The notes below the pieces were generated by a model that saw only the letters and a program-made list of their open reading frames with translations, did not search any database and had not been told where the DNA came from. A program made the translations under genes and the position numbers. Positions 1 through 8,722 of a DNA stretch of 64,000 nt are shown piece by piece. Every line of letters starts with the position of its first letter. The first letter of the stretch is position 1. Source of the DNA: a virus (Duplodnaviria > Heunggongvirae > Uroviricota > Caudoviricetes); the IMG/VR virus record IMGVR_UViG_3300031853_000008, positions 1-64,000 of that record. One strand, written 5' to 3'.

Positions 1-448
1 CCGTGCCGCCTGCATCGTAATAGTTTCGGTACGGTTTGTAATACGCCGTGCCGCCACGATGATAGATTTTCTTCCGGTCAAATCCTACGCAGTGTTCCAT
101 CTTTCGCACTTCGTTTTCAGACAACGCATTGACCGCTCTGGCGTGTAAATCATGATTCAGGTCGCTCATCTTCCCGCCTTTCCGCAAAACTGCAATATCC
201 GTTTTCGCTTGTCTTGCATCCATTGCCCCAGAAGTCGCACACCTCATGCCCGAGAACGGAACGCCTTGTATTACATACGGCATATCGTAGTGAAAGTGTC
301 CGCAATCTTTGCACCGTGTGATTTCTGGCTGTGCGGGTGGCAACTGCTTAAAGTGTTCAATAATCCGCTCTTTCGTCACGTTGTCATGCCATTCGTAGAT
401 TTCTTTAATCTCATCAATCGCCGTCTGTCTGCTGATTAGATCATCCAT
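1..448 (-). CDS. hypothetical protein, 5' partial in window; N-terminal module MDDLISRQTAIDEI..LPPAQPE shared with downstream DUF551 paralogs, followed by a Cys/His-rich segment
   Basis: ATG at 446-448 with GGAGGAAACAGG RBS. Open frame runs to window edge. N-terminal 40 aa paralogous to the gene at 851..1264. Confidence 0.5.
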   Translation of the reverse strand, partial: MDDLISRQTAIDEIKEIYEWHDNVTKERIIEHFKQLPPAQPEITRCKDCGHFHYDMPYVIQGVPFSGMRCATSGAMDARQAKTDIAVLRKGGKMSDLNHDLHARAVNALSENEVRKMEHCVGFDRKKIYHRGGTAYYKPYRNYYDAGGT

Positions 449-854
449 CCTGTTTCCTCCTCTCTTCAAACTTATCGCAATAATCGCCCCTGTGAACAAG
501 GCAGTTTTTGTTGAGATTGCACTTGCCATAATACAAGCTATTATCTTTCGGAGTCCATTCCACACAGTCTCGACAGTAATGACCAAAGCCGAACGAATCA
601 AATACCTCAGAAGTCATCTGACGAAGATACTTTTCGATGCGGTCTTTCCGTCCAAGTTCTGTAAACCATTTCGCCTTGAACTTATCTCTTGTCTCGCGCC
701 ATGATCCCACGCCCGTATCGCCCGAAAGATACCATTCACGATCATGGAAGAGTTCTACAAGGTCTTTAACAAGATCATCAAGTTCCTTGTCTCCGAAATC
801 TCCAATATGCTCCTCAAGACTGCTGTAAAAATAATTCAGCCTTCCACCACTCAT
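441..854 (-). CDS. hypothetical protein (137 aa)
   Basis: Six-frame ORF in a same-strand packed array. TGA stop overlaps the next gene's start. Confidence 0.5.
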   Translation of the reverse strand: MSGGRLNYFYSSLEEHIGDFGDKELDDLVKDLVELFHDREWYLSGDTGVGSWRETRDKFKAKWFTELGRKDRIEKYLRQMTSEVFDSFGFGHYCRDCVEWTPKDNSLYYGKCNLNKNCLVHRGDYCDKFEERRKQDG

Positions 855-1264
855 TCCTGTTCCTCCTTATACGGTTCTGGTAGTGGAATCCATGCGATGC
901 ACTCAATTGCTTCGTCAAATTCTTCGGAATCATACCGACCATATTCTGCAAGCATATCTTCCGTTGTGCTTGAGTACCAATACCACTTGCCGTTTTTGTA
1001 GCATGCTGTTCCAGTAAAATGTTTTCCGACAATGTACTGATAATAAGATGCAGGGTCAGTATTCTTCCATGTAACAATCACAGGTCTTATATTCTCTGGC
1101 AACCTCTCACTGCACGGAATCCACTGCTGTTCTGGCTGTGCGGATGGCAACGCTTTCAAATATTCAACTGGCACAACGTCATCGGAATATATCTCTACTC
1201 CATTGGCACGTTGTATTGATATTTTTCCATCAATCGCCGCCTGTCTGCTGATTGTATCGCTCAT
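851..1264 (-). CDS. DUF551-family phage protein (WIPxxERLPE ... AWIPLPEPYKE motifs)
   Basis: Internal ATG at 1262-1264 forms an ATGA overlap with the upstream stop. C-terminal AWIPLPEPY motif is typical of DUF551. Confidence 0.55.
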   Translation of the reverse strand: MSDTISRQAAIDGKISIQRANGVEIYSDDVVPVEYLKALPSAQPEQQWIPCSERLPENIRPVIVTWKNTDPASYYQYIVGKHFTGTACYKNGKWYWYSSTTEDMLAEYGRYDSEEFDEAIECIAWIPLPEPYKEEQE

Positions 1265-1662
1265 TCTTCTGTCCTTTCTTCCCTGTATGGCTTTGGAAAC
1301 GGCATCCATGCGATAATCTTGTAATCTGGGAATGCATACTTCATCTTCCAGTCCCATTCCCCGTCGTATGTACAAACAGTTACCGTCATCCTTTCGCCTT
1401 TCACTTCTACTGTGGCAAGAACATATTCTGACCGTTTGCTCGTCCCAAGTTTCTTTAGGATTCCTGCGTCTTTTTCCTCCGGAATCCTTTCCGCCACTGG
1501 AATCCATTCGGTGACGGTCGGCTTGCTGAGTGCCTCGATTGCCATCATGAGTGCTTCACCCTTTTGGTCACGGAGAGCATCGTCATACGCATCTGTTGCT
1601 GATCGCAAGATGCAATGTGAGTGCATCTCGTTCAGCAGTGCAATTGCTTTAGCCTTCGTCAT
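1261..1662 (-). CDS. DUF551-family phage protein
   Basis: Start MTKAK at 1662 with AAGGAGG RBS 6 nt upstream. Carries WIPVAERIPE and AWMPFPKPY motifs. Confidence 0.55.
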   Translation of the reverse strand: MTKAKAIALLNEMHSHCILRSATDAYDDALRDQKGEALMMAIEALSKPTVTEWIPVAERIPEEKDAGILKKLGTSKRSEYVLATVEVKGERMTVTVCTYDGEWDWKMKYAFPDYKIIAWMPFPKPYREERTEE

Positions 1663-1987
1663 GGCCATCCTCCTTATAGGCTTCGGGTAACGGCATCCAG
1701 GCGACAACCTTACTGTGCGACATATCGAAGAATCCATTCACCCAAATGTTGTCTGACTTGCGATACCTTGCAGAAAAAACCGTTCCATGCTCGAGACACA
1801 CAATCACTCTATGGGAATTCTCCGGTAACCTCTCCTTCACTGGGATCCATCCGCTGACGGTCGGTTCATACTGCATGACCTCGTCCATTGCGTCATTCCA
1901 TCCGACCTGATATGCCCTTGCCGGGTCATCGTCTGTTAATGTTGGGTATTTCCTCTCAGCTAGTGCGTCCGCATCTATCAATCTCAT
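1649..1987 (-). CDS. DUF551-family phage protein with MRLIDAD N-terminal module
   Basis: Carries WIPVKERLPE and AWMPLPEAYKE motifs. N-terminal MRLIDAD module shared with plus-strand paralogs at 50415 and 50783. Confidence 0.55.
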   Translation of the reverse strand: MRLIDADALAERKYPTLTDDDPARAYQVGWNDAMDEVMQYEPTVSGWIPVKERLPENSHRVIVCLEHGTVFSARYRKSDNIWVNGFFDMSHSKVVAWMPLPEAYKEDGHDEG

Positions 1988-2350
1988 TCCTGTTTCCTCT
2001 CTCCATCCGCACAGAACCAGTCATCCCGTGGGTAAAAGCCTTTTACCATCTTAGTGTTTTTACACATCCCCGATCTTCCACGCCATCGGCACTTACTACA
2101 TCTAACAATGGCTTCGGGCATATCCTGGGCAAAAAGAATCGCATGATCAAGAGTCGGGCAATCCTATAAATTGCTGGTCAGCTTATCTATGTACTCAAAC
2201 TCATCAATGTATCTCATTCACCGTTCCCCCGGCTAACTTTCTATTGATAACCTTGCTCTTTCATCTCGTCTGAATTGATATCACATTCTGTGATTTCACC
2301 AATCATCTCTGTTTCCCCATCATCTTTTACAATGTATAACGTATCCATTA

Positions 2351-2938
2351 TCAGTCACCCTCCCAAACACCATCTGGACACAGAATTGCCAACTCAATTA
2401 ACCCATCAATGGATTTAATTGCATTTGCCGCTGTAACTTCCCAATAATTATCAGTATCTCCTTCACTTACTGTGTATTTTTCTTCTTTCCTGACTCTTTC
2501 TTCAACTGGGAGATGCAACCAGTACCAGATATCATCTATCTCATTCCCTTTAGAATCAAAGTAATGAATCTTTGTTCTTTCTCCATCCTTCCACTTGCCA
2601 TTTACATAATATTTATCTTTAATTCTCTTTCTTAAATCACACAGCATAAGAAGAGAATCTCTTGCCGTTTTTCCATACAGACCACGGATTCCGTATATTG
2701 GGGTCGGGTCTTCCACATCTCCTCTTTCATCCGCGTAATGATAAACTCTATTGGGTTCTCTGAATCTTTCATCACCATCCGCAGCTTCACTAAAATACCC
2801 GGAATAATTGTATGTGATATTCAGCCAACACTCTCTGGTGCCGCCGAGAGCATATGTTCCGCCTTTAATGCCATGCGGTTCATCCAGATATAGGGTTTCT
2901 TTTGTGTCTTTATCTACAAGACTAATGTCGTAACTCAT
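2351..2938 (-). CDS. hypothetical protein (195 aa)
   Basis: Long ORF abutting the downstream gene. No recognisable motifs. Confidence 0.5.
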   Translation of the reverse strand: MSYDISLVDKDTKETLYLDEPHGIKGGTYALGGTRECWLNITYNYSGYFSEAADGDERFREPNRVYHYADERGDVEDPTPIYGIRGLYGKTARDSLLMLCDLRKRIKDKYYVNGKWKDGERTKIHYFDSKGNEIDDIWYWLHLPVEERVRKEEKYTVSEGDTDNYWEVTAANAIKSIDGLIELAILCPDGVWEGD

Positions 2939-3691
2939 TTATTCGATCCTTTCTATATTGTGATAAAAACCGTAGAACTTGCCAAGTAATGGCACAGTGT
3001 CGTTATGATAATGCCCAAAATACCATCTCGTAAAAGTCAGATTATAATCACTAATAAGACGCTCAAAGTAACTCGTCTCCTCATCTGACTCATATCCTCT
3101 TGACAATCTTTTAACAACTGAGCTGGGGGCGCAATGGGTTATCACATAGTCTACATTGAAATTCACTTTCTTTAGATTTTCTATCCCCCTGGCGTACTCT
3201 TCCTCATTAGGCATTTCCTCCGGCCACCAAGAGATATCCTTTACCCGGAACTGGCACCCCGCTTTGTTCCAATGATAATATTTGTTTTCAAAGTCCGGGT
3301 CCGCAGGATCAAGGATTCCGTCCTTTATGTCATGAGATCTCGCCCCGCCAAAAGTGAAAAACTTCTTGCCGTCAATATCGAAAACATATCCACGTTCTAG
3401 ATGAAGCACATTCTCACGGATCTTATGAACTTTCCCGCCGTGCCAGTCAACCTCTTTGAATTCCCTGTACAGGCGATTGTAGTTCTCGTGATTCCCATCC
3501 ACAAACAACAAAGTAAACGGCTTTTCCCCTAACCAGTTGAGCCACCATCGTTCCGTATTGGTGTTATGCCAGATGCCAAAGTCCCCGCAGACGATTACAT
3601 AATCATCTCTATTCATTAGTTTTCCGTCTGAGAAATTACCACTTGAAAATCGGCTCCAGTCACCATGTGTATCGCCTGTAATATAAATCAT
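2939..3691 (-). CDS. calcineurin-like metallophosphoesterase
   Basis: Motifs GDTHGD, GDFG and GNHE. ATG at 3691 with AAGGGG RBS. Confidence 0.65.
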   Translation of the reverse strand: MIYITGDTHGDWSRFSSGNFSDGKLMNRDDYVIVCGDFGIWHNTNTERWWLNWLGEKPFTLLFVDGNHENYNRLYREFKEVDWHGGKVHKIRENVLHLERGYVFDIDGKKFFTFGGARSHDIKDGILDPADPDFENKYYHWNKAGCQFRVKDISWWPEEMPNEEEYARGIENLKKVNFNVDYVITHCAPSSVVKRLSRGYESDEETSYFERLISDYNLTFTRWYFGHYHNDTVPLLGKFYGFYHNIERIE

Positions 3692-3692
3692 G

Positions 3693-4229
3693 TCACAACC
3701 CCTTATATTTCTGAAACTCTTTGTCCCACTGGTTCCAGTCGTTTTTCCATACCCATCTAACCGATTCATCCGCTGAATAGCCCACGTTGATCATTTCTTT
3801 AATCAGCGCATCCCGACACATATTCGCAAAATGTGTGTGGATTCCATCAATCGTAGCATTCTCTCCGCTCTCCTTGACCCGCTTGAAGATTTCTTCGCTA
3901 TTGGTAAATACTGGATCAGGGTTAACGAATTCGATTTTCTTACGTTTCGCCGCCCTGTAAGCCTTCTTCATTCTGTCTAGCATCCACGTAAGATGATCCC
4001 GCTCCTCTTCGTCAACAAAAGAGTCGGATGAAAGGATTACGATACCATGATTGTCTCTCCAGCCAGACATTGATATCAGATACGGATAGTACGGAACTAA
4101 ATCCTTTAATGAATTTACCCGTAGTGGAATGATTGCATTCTTACCGACGTAGTAATCATATTTCAAATATCTGTCATTATTGATTTCAATATGGTCTGCA
4201 AGATCACATTTCCCGCTATATATGCTCAT
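3693..4229 (-). CDS. hypothetical protein
   Basis: ATG at 4227-4229 preceded by AGGAGGGG. Ends next to the downstream gene. Confidence 0.5.
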   Translation of the reverse strand: MSIYSGKCDLADHIEINNDRYLKYDYYVGKNAIIPLRVNSLKDLVPYYPYLISMSGWRDNHGIVILSSDSFVDEEERDHLTWMLDRMKKAYRAAKRKKIEFVNPDPVFTNSEEIFKRVKESGENATIDGIHTHFANMCRDALIKEMINVGYSADESVRWVWKNDWNQWDKEFQKYKGL

Positions 4230-4247
4230 CAGCCCCTCCTTTGTTAT

Positions 4248-4338
4248 TAGGGATGCCCGGACTCGAACCGGGATCACACCTATCTTCAGACGACTAGTAG
4301 TGTTTCACGTCCATCTCTACCTGTTGAGCTACATCCCC
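4248..4338 (-). tRNA. tRNA-like gene, 91 nt; canonical acceptor stem (GGGGATG/CATCCCT), D arm and T arm (CCCGG-TTCGAGT-CCGGG), but the anticodon stem GGACG/CGTCT encloses a 15-nt loop; isotype undetermined
   Basis: Folded by hand from the reverse complement. Length is in the type II range. The loop contains CTACTAG. Confidence 0.4.
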
Positions 4339-4410
4339 TTTATGCATCTTCGTCCGCACTGATGCTTCGGCTCTTTCTGCCACCAGGTTTTATGTCCAAC
4401 GGCAGGACAA

Positions 4411-4611
4411 TCAACTCTCATCCAATATTTTTGCCCCAAACAAAGACATGATAAACGCTGAAATCCCCGCCAATATTAGATAGACCATCCCACCGTATCT
4501 TCCGACAAAGAACCACAAAATCATTGCAACTAGAAATGCCACTGTTTGTGACATATAGTATGTGAAATTGATTATTCGGTGACCGTATTTATCTAAATTC
4601 TCAAAGTTCAT
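4411..4611 (-). CDS. small hydrophobic membrane protein
   Basis: ORF with two predicted TM stretches. Lies between two tRNA genes. Confidence 0.45.
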   Translation of the reverse strand: MNFENLDKYGHRIINFTYYMSQTVAFLVAMILWFFVGRYGGMVYLILAGISAFIMSLFGAKILDES

Positions 4612-4626
4612 TTGTTCTCCTCTCCA

Positions 4627-4926
4627 TTAACGAATGTATTTAGCAGAATATTCCATGTATTTTTCCAGCGGAAAATTCTCCCATTGCATAAAATCGGAAA
4701 ACGCATATAGTGCTGATCCAGAAACACAGACTATAAGCGTAATCACTAATGCCATTAAAAGAATACTTACATCAGCATCGCCCACATTCTTCATTTCCCT
4801 ATAAGAAATGATTGTGAAAATAAGTATGACCGCAATAATTACCGTGCATCCAACCACGATAACGAAATCATTCCTCATATGCATTTTTGCCGTCCCAATA
4901 GCAATTTTAGATAATTCGTCACTCAT
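4627..4926 (-). CDS. membrane protein (99 aa)
   Basis: ATG at 4924-4926. Hydrophobic core. Confidence 0.5.
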   Translation of the reverse strand: MSDELSKIAIGTAKMHMRNDFVIVVGCTVIIAVILIFTIISYREMKNVGDADVSILLMALVITLIVCVSGSALYAFSDFMQWENFPLEKYMEYSAKYIR

Positions 4927-4944
4927 ATCCTTTCCCTCTTTTAA

Positions 4945-5018
4945 TGCGTCTAGCGGGACTCGAACCCACGACCGATCAGTTAAAAGCCGACTACTCTAGC
5001 CATCTGAGTTACAGACGC
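4945..5018 (-). tRNA. tRNA-Lys(UUU)
   Basis: 74-nt cloverleaf: acceptor GCGTCTG/TAGACGC, D arm ACTC..GAGT, anticodon stem GTCGG/CTGAT with loop CTTTTAA (anticodon TTT, A37), T arm GTGGG-TTCGAGT-CCCGC. CCA not encoded. Confidence 0.75.
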
Positions 5019-5090
5019 ATCTAGAAAATAGGGCAGCAACACGGGTGCCGCCGCCCCGAAAAGACTTAGTCTTTTGTTCATGAAGGCTGA

Positions 5091-5993
5091 TTAGCCTTCA
5101 GTTTCCTCAATTGATATAATGGGTGTCGCTCCCCCAGAAACTGTAGGGAGTTTGCCGTCCCACTTCTGGTACTTCTCATGCTCGATAAGTTCTGGGGTAA
5201 GGGACTTTGCAATCTCTTTGTTCGCCGCCGCCTGTGCATCAGCTTCGATCTTGATCGCATCCGCCTTACCCTGTGCCTCCGCCTTTGCCTTTTCAGCATT
5301 GATAGATGCAACAGATTTGTCTTTTTCAGCATTAACTTCAGCGGTCTTCTTCTCAACCTGGGCGGTTTCATAATCCTGCTGTGCAGAGATCTTCTTCTGA
5401 ATCGCTTCCTGTGTGGATTCATCAGCCGTGATATCAATGACGCTCGCAGATTCTATGATGATTCCATATGTTTCAAATTTCTTCTTAAGATAGTCAGTAA
5501 GCTCAGTATTAATATCCGCCCTCTTGTCTGCAAGAAGCTCAGTCACGTAATACTTCGCCGTGATTTCTTTTGTCCAGGAGACGATGTTGGGCTTAATAAA
5601 TGTTGTAAGGATTTCCTTGCCACTTCTGCCCCTGAATCGTGTAAAGGTACTGGGCACCTTGTCCGCATCGTATCTATAGGTAAAGGTGAGATCCACCTTC
5701 AGCCCCTTGCCGTCCTTACTGGGGACTTCAAAACTGTCATCATTCGGGGAATCCCCGGTATCCTTTGCCGTCAGATAAGACTGCTCGATTCCGATTGAGT
5801 ACAGGGTCACCTTCTTTGTTGGTGCAATCATGTGCCAACCCTGCCCAAGCGTCTCATCCTCGATGCCACCATTCATGTCATAAACGACCCCGACATATCC
5901 CGCCGGGACCCGCTCCGCACACAGAAAACCAAACACAACCAGTACCGCAATTACTATTCCAGCAATAATTCCACCAATTTTTCCACTACTCAT
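5091..5993 (-). CDS. SPFH/band-7 (flotillin/HflK-like) membrane protein
   Basis: N-terminal TM helix, SPFH-like core, C-terminal Ala/Glu/Lys-rich coiled coil. Confidence 0.65.
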   Translation of the reverse strand: MSSGKIGGIIAGIVIAVLVVFGFLCAERVPAGYVGVVYDMNGGIEDETLGQGWHMIAPTKKVTLYSIGIEQSYLTAKDTGDSPNDDSFEVPSKDGKGLKVDLTFTYRYDADKVPSTFTRFRGRSGKEILTTFIKPNIVSWTKEITAKYYVTELLADKRADINTELTDYLKKKFETYGIIIESASVIDITADESTQEAIQKKISAQQDYETAQVEKKTAEVNAEKDKSVASINAEKAKAEAQGKADAIKIEADAQAAANKEIAKSLTPELIEHEKYQKWDGKLPTVSGGATPIISIEETEG

Positions 5994-6181
5994 CCTTCTT
6001 TTCTCCTACCAGTTTCATATGTCTCATCTTCTTCGAAACTCTTGTCATCTGTGTCTATGTTCTTTTTTGTCTCTTTCATCGAGATTCGAAACAGCGCCCC
6101 GATTTTAGGAAAGAACTCACTCAGCAGAAACCAGAAGCCTACCGCAATCACAAGTACTAAAAAAACAAAAGTTGGACTCAC
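5990..6181 (-). CDS. small membrane protein
   Basis: Short ORF with a TM helix. Abuts the SPFH gene. Confidence 0.4.
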   Translation of the reverse strand: MSPTFVFLVLVIAVGFWFLLSEFFPKIGALFRISMKETKKNIDTDDKSFEEDETYETGRRKEG

Positions 6182-6447
6182 TCGAACGCTCCCCCTACTA
6201 AAGCATTAATCAGCATGATTCTGTCTTCCGGCTCTTTTGCCTGGATATTAATCTCCTTTACGAGGTCGTCTCCCTCATTGAACACTTTGGCAAGAGCGAA
6301 ATACTGTGCCAGTTTGCTCTTCAGATTAAGGCTCATATCTGGGGACAACAGATATACATCGCCTTTGCACTTGTCAATAAGTTCGAATAATTTATCAATG
6401 TTTTTTACGTTGTAAAGTGTCATAACGTACCTCCTTATGCCTTTCAC
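6178..6447 (-). CDS. hypothetical protein (89 aa)
   Basis: ORF in the packed array. Confidence 0.45.
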   Translation of the reverse strand: MKGIRRYVMTLYNVKNIDKLFELIDKCKGDVYLLSPDMSLNLKSKLAQYFALAKVFNEGDDLVKEINIQAKEPEDRIMLINALVGGAFE

Positions 6448-6860
6448 TTGTTGTATGGAAGATCAAGCTCTCCCATTGTGTAAATTTTTAATTCGTCAAG
6501 GGCAGCCACGGATGGATGCTCGTCTTTGTCAAAGCCCACATTAAGTTCTATCATTGACTCTGAGGAATCCACGATACACAGGGAATAACCGCTCCTTTTA
6601 TCTATAGTAATCTTTATTTGGGCATCATTGGTTGATATCCCAGCCATGTCGTATTTTGGGAAAAAGTAGGTGTTGATAAGTTGTGAGATCCATATCCTAT
6701 CATTTTCTAGAAGTAAGCTCTTTTTATAATCTTTATTTTCTTCCGCCGCCTTGATGATTCTGAGTAGCCATGTCTGAATATTACTGTATGTCTTTATCCC
6801 CGTATCGGTAGCAACTAACTGCATAACCTTGCGAAACATGACTTCGTTTTCTCTATTCAT
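6444..6860 (-). CDS. hypothetical protein
   Basis: ORF 6444..6986 trimmed to the internal ATG (MNRENEV) downstream of the upstream stop at 6883. Confidence 0.4.
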   Translation of the reverse strand: MNRENEVMFRKVMQLVATDTGIKTYSNIQTWLLRIIKAAEENKDYKKSLLLENDRIWISQLINTYFFPKYDMAGISTNDAQIKITIDKRSGYSLCIVDSSESMIELNVGFDKDEHPSVAALDELKIYTMGELDLPYNK

Positions 6861-6882
6861 TTTAATTTTCCCCTGTTCCTCG

Positions 6883-7281
6883 TCACTCCACAAAAATTCC
6901 CAACTCGTCAAGAGTATAGTTTCTGTTCCAATCAAGATTTCCAAGAGACGGATATAAAAGAATCGCCTTTGGAACAATAACTTCACAATCTTTGAATGTA
7001 ATTCTCAAGTTCCCAGTAGAGAAAGCTTGAATCCATTCAGCTGTACTAAGTTGTTTCTTACTGAAACTTTCGCTTAGAAACTTCTTTAATTTCTCTTTGT
7101 CTTCCTCAGACATCAATTCTTCTGAATGCTCATCCATGTATTGAGATGCTCTCTGGAACACCATCTTGACCGATTCACAGAAATGATTAATTTCATCAAC
7201 CGACTTTTCTGTATATGCCAACATCGTTCTTTTCACACAATTTTCTACATCGTCATATATTGTCTGAAGTTCAATTCTCAT
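6883..7281 (-). CDS. hypothetical protein (132 aa)
   Basis: ORF. Confidence 0.45.
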   Translation of the reverse strand: MRIELQTIYDDVENCVKRTMLAYTEKSVDEINHFCESVKMVFQRASQYMDEHSEELMSEEDKEKLKKFLSESFSKKQLSTAEWIQAFSTGNLRITFKDCEVIVPKAILLYPSLGNLDWNRNYTLDELGIFVE

Positions 7282-7461
7282 TTACAGGTTCCTCCACAAG
7301 TTCTGTAATTTCTGTTTCTGTTTGTGCAGTATTCGGTGTTTTATATTCACGGGCCAGAAATGCAATCAGAATCGCAAGACAAAACGCAATAAATATAGTG
7401 TATGCTCTTGCCATCTTCTCTAAATCCTCTCTCATGTTTGCCCCTCATTCTCGTCATAATT

Positions 7462-7659
7462 TCAATAACCATCATCCCAAGCGTCTATGTTGTATTCGCC
7501 GGATATACAATAACCACAGTCCTCGCATTCATACCAATACTCAGAGACGTTTGCTCCCCCAAAATTCCATTCTGGGAGTTCCGTGTGTACCTCTTCGTGA
7601 AATAGCATCGCCCCACCACATTTAGGGCACGTTCTTGTTTGCCCCATTACTTCCACCAT
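7462..7659 (-). CDS. small zinc-ribbon protein (CPKCGG ... CEDCGYC)
   Basis: Two CxxC pairs. Confidence 0.4.
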   Translation of the reverse strand: MVEVMGQTRTCPKCGGAMLFHEEVHTELPEWNFGGANVSEYWYECEDCGYCISGEYNIDAWDDGY

Positions 7660-7759
7660 CCGTCCGGGTTATGCCGTATATCGTAGATGAGGCTGTAGAC
7701 CGCCGCAGCTACCAGTGCCAGTAAAATTAATATCAGTGTCATGATTTCTCTCCTTATTA

Positions 7760-7984
7760 TCAGACTGTCTCCGATTTCTGTGACCCATTTCCCTCTTTGT
7801 TATAGGATTTAAGAAAATCCTTGGCTGCCATAGGCTTCCCAGTGAGATCATATACTTGCACCGTCGAGGTGTATTTATACCCTGTCGTATAAAAAACAAC
7901 GTTTAAGTTTTGGTCTACTGTGTAATATCCATAATCAGACGTATAGTATCTATCAACTAAATCGTTCATGCTTACCTCTAACAT
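7760..7984 (-). CDS. hypothetical protein (74 aa)
   Basis: ORF. Confidence 0.35.
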   Translation of the reverse strand: MLEVSMNDLVDRYYTSDYGYYTVDQNLNVVFYTTGYKYTSTVQVYDLTGKPMAAKDFLKSYNKEGNGSQKSETV

Positions 7985-8191
7985 TTATGTAGCAGCGGTG
8001 CCAGGTTATGCTCCCGGTCTGTGGACTTCAAAGGCCCCTTTGCTACTATTACAACACACCGCCGCATTAATTTGGCGTGACCTACGAAGGCTCTGAGCGC
8101 CCCGGCAGGACTGTTTAACTGGCTGTTATGACGCTGGCTCAGAACTACATCAAATTGGGAACTCTCATACTCCCCGCACCAGTACCAAATA

Positions 8192-8461
8192 TTATGCACA
8201 CTCTGCGTATTTCTTGAGCCTGTACCGAATATGTTTGTCCGCCGCCATCGCCTGTTTCGACGTGAGCGGGCTGAAGTTAATGTGTTTGTATCTTCCGCCC
8301 CACTTATCCAGAACGTGAATCGTAAAACAATCGCAGTTGTCTTTATGCCGGAAGGGGCAAGTTACACAGTTGTTTTTGTTCTCGCAAAAAGCAGCAACGC
8401 TTTCCATGTCTGTCATATCCTGTGGTGTAACTTTCAGATCAAACACTTCGTAAATGTTCAT
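8192..8461 (-). CDS. hypothetical Cys-rich protein (89 aa)
   Basis: ORF. Confidence 0.4.
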   Translation of the reverse strand: MNIYEVFDLKVTPQDMTDMESVAAFCENKNNCVTCPFRHKDNCDCFTIHVLDKWGGRYKHINFSPLTSKQAMAADKHIRYRLKKYAECA

Positions 8462-8470
8462 ATGGTCTCC

Positions 8471-8722
8471 TTATTCGACTGAAAATGTTATTGCATCTCT
8501 GCTATCAACCGAAACTAGTTCAAAACCGAGATAATCATCTGTGTAATCTTCTTTATAGACATCCGCTTCAACGACCCCAAGATCCTGCATCAGATCCTCA
8601 AGCATATTCTTTTTTGCATTGGCAATCTGTAAGTCATCGATATTTCCTTTTAATTTGTTAATGTCTGAAAGAATATCTGAATAATAACTACCGATAATCT
8701 GAAGTTCTTCTGTTTTCATCAC
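8471..8722 (-). CDS. hypothetical acidic protein (83 aa)
   Basis: ORF. Confidence 0.4.
   Translation of the reverse strand: MMKTEELQIIGSYYSDILSDINKLKGNIDDLQIANAKKNMLEDLMQDLGVVEADVYKEDYTDDYLGFELVSVDSRDAITFSVE

Noticed and set aside
152-439. Plus-strand ORF (95 aa)
   Set aside because: Antisense to a well-supported minus-strand gene (1..448) with RBS and paralog support, and has unusual composition.
5078-5437. Arg-rich 119-aa ORF in an alternative frame inside the SPFH gene
   Set aside because: Overlaps the SPFH coding frame on the same strand. Low-complexity RRR-rich translation typical of an off-frame read of a Lys/Glu-rich coiled coil.
5178-5798. 206-aa plus-strand ORF
   Set aside because: Antisense of the SPFH gene. 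No RBS or motif.
7978-8199. ORF MHNIWYWCG... taken as a protein gene
   Set aside because: Lies on a GC-rich island with atypical amino-acid composition. Kept as an ncRNA candidate instead.
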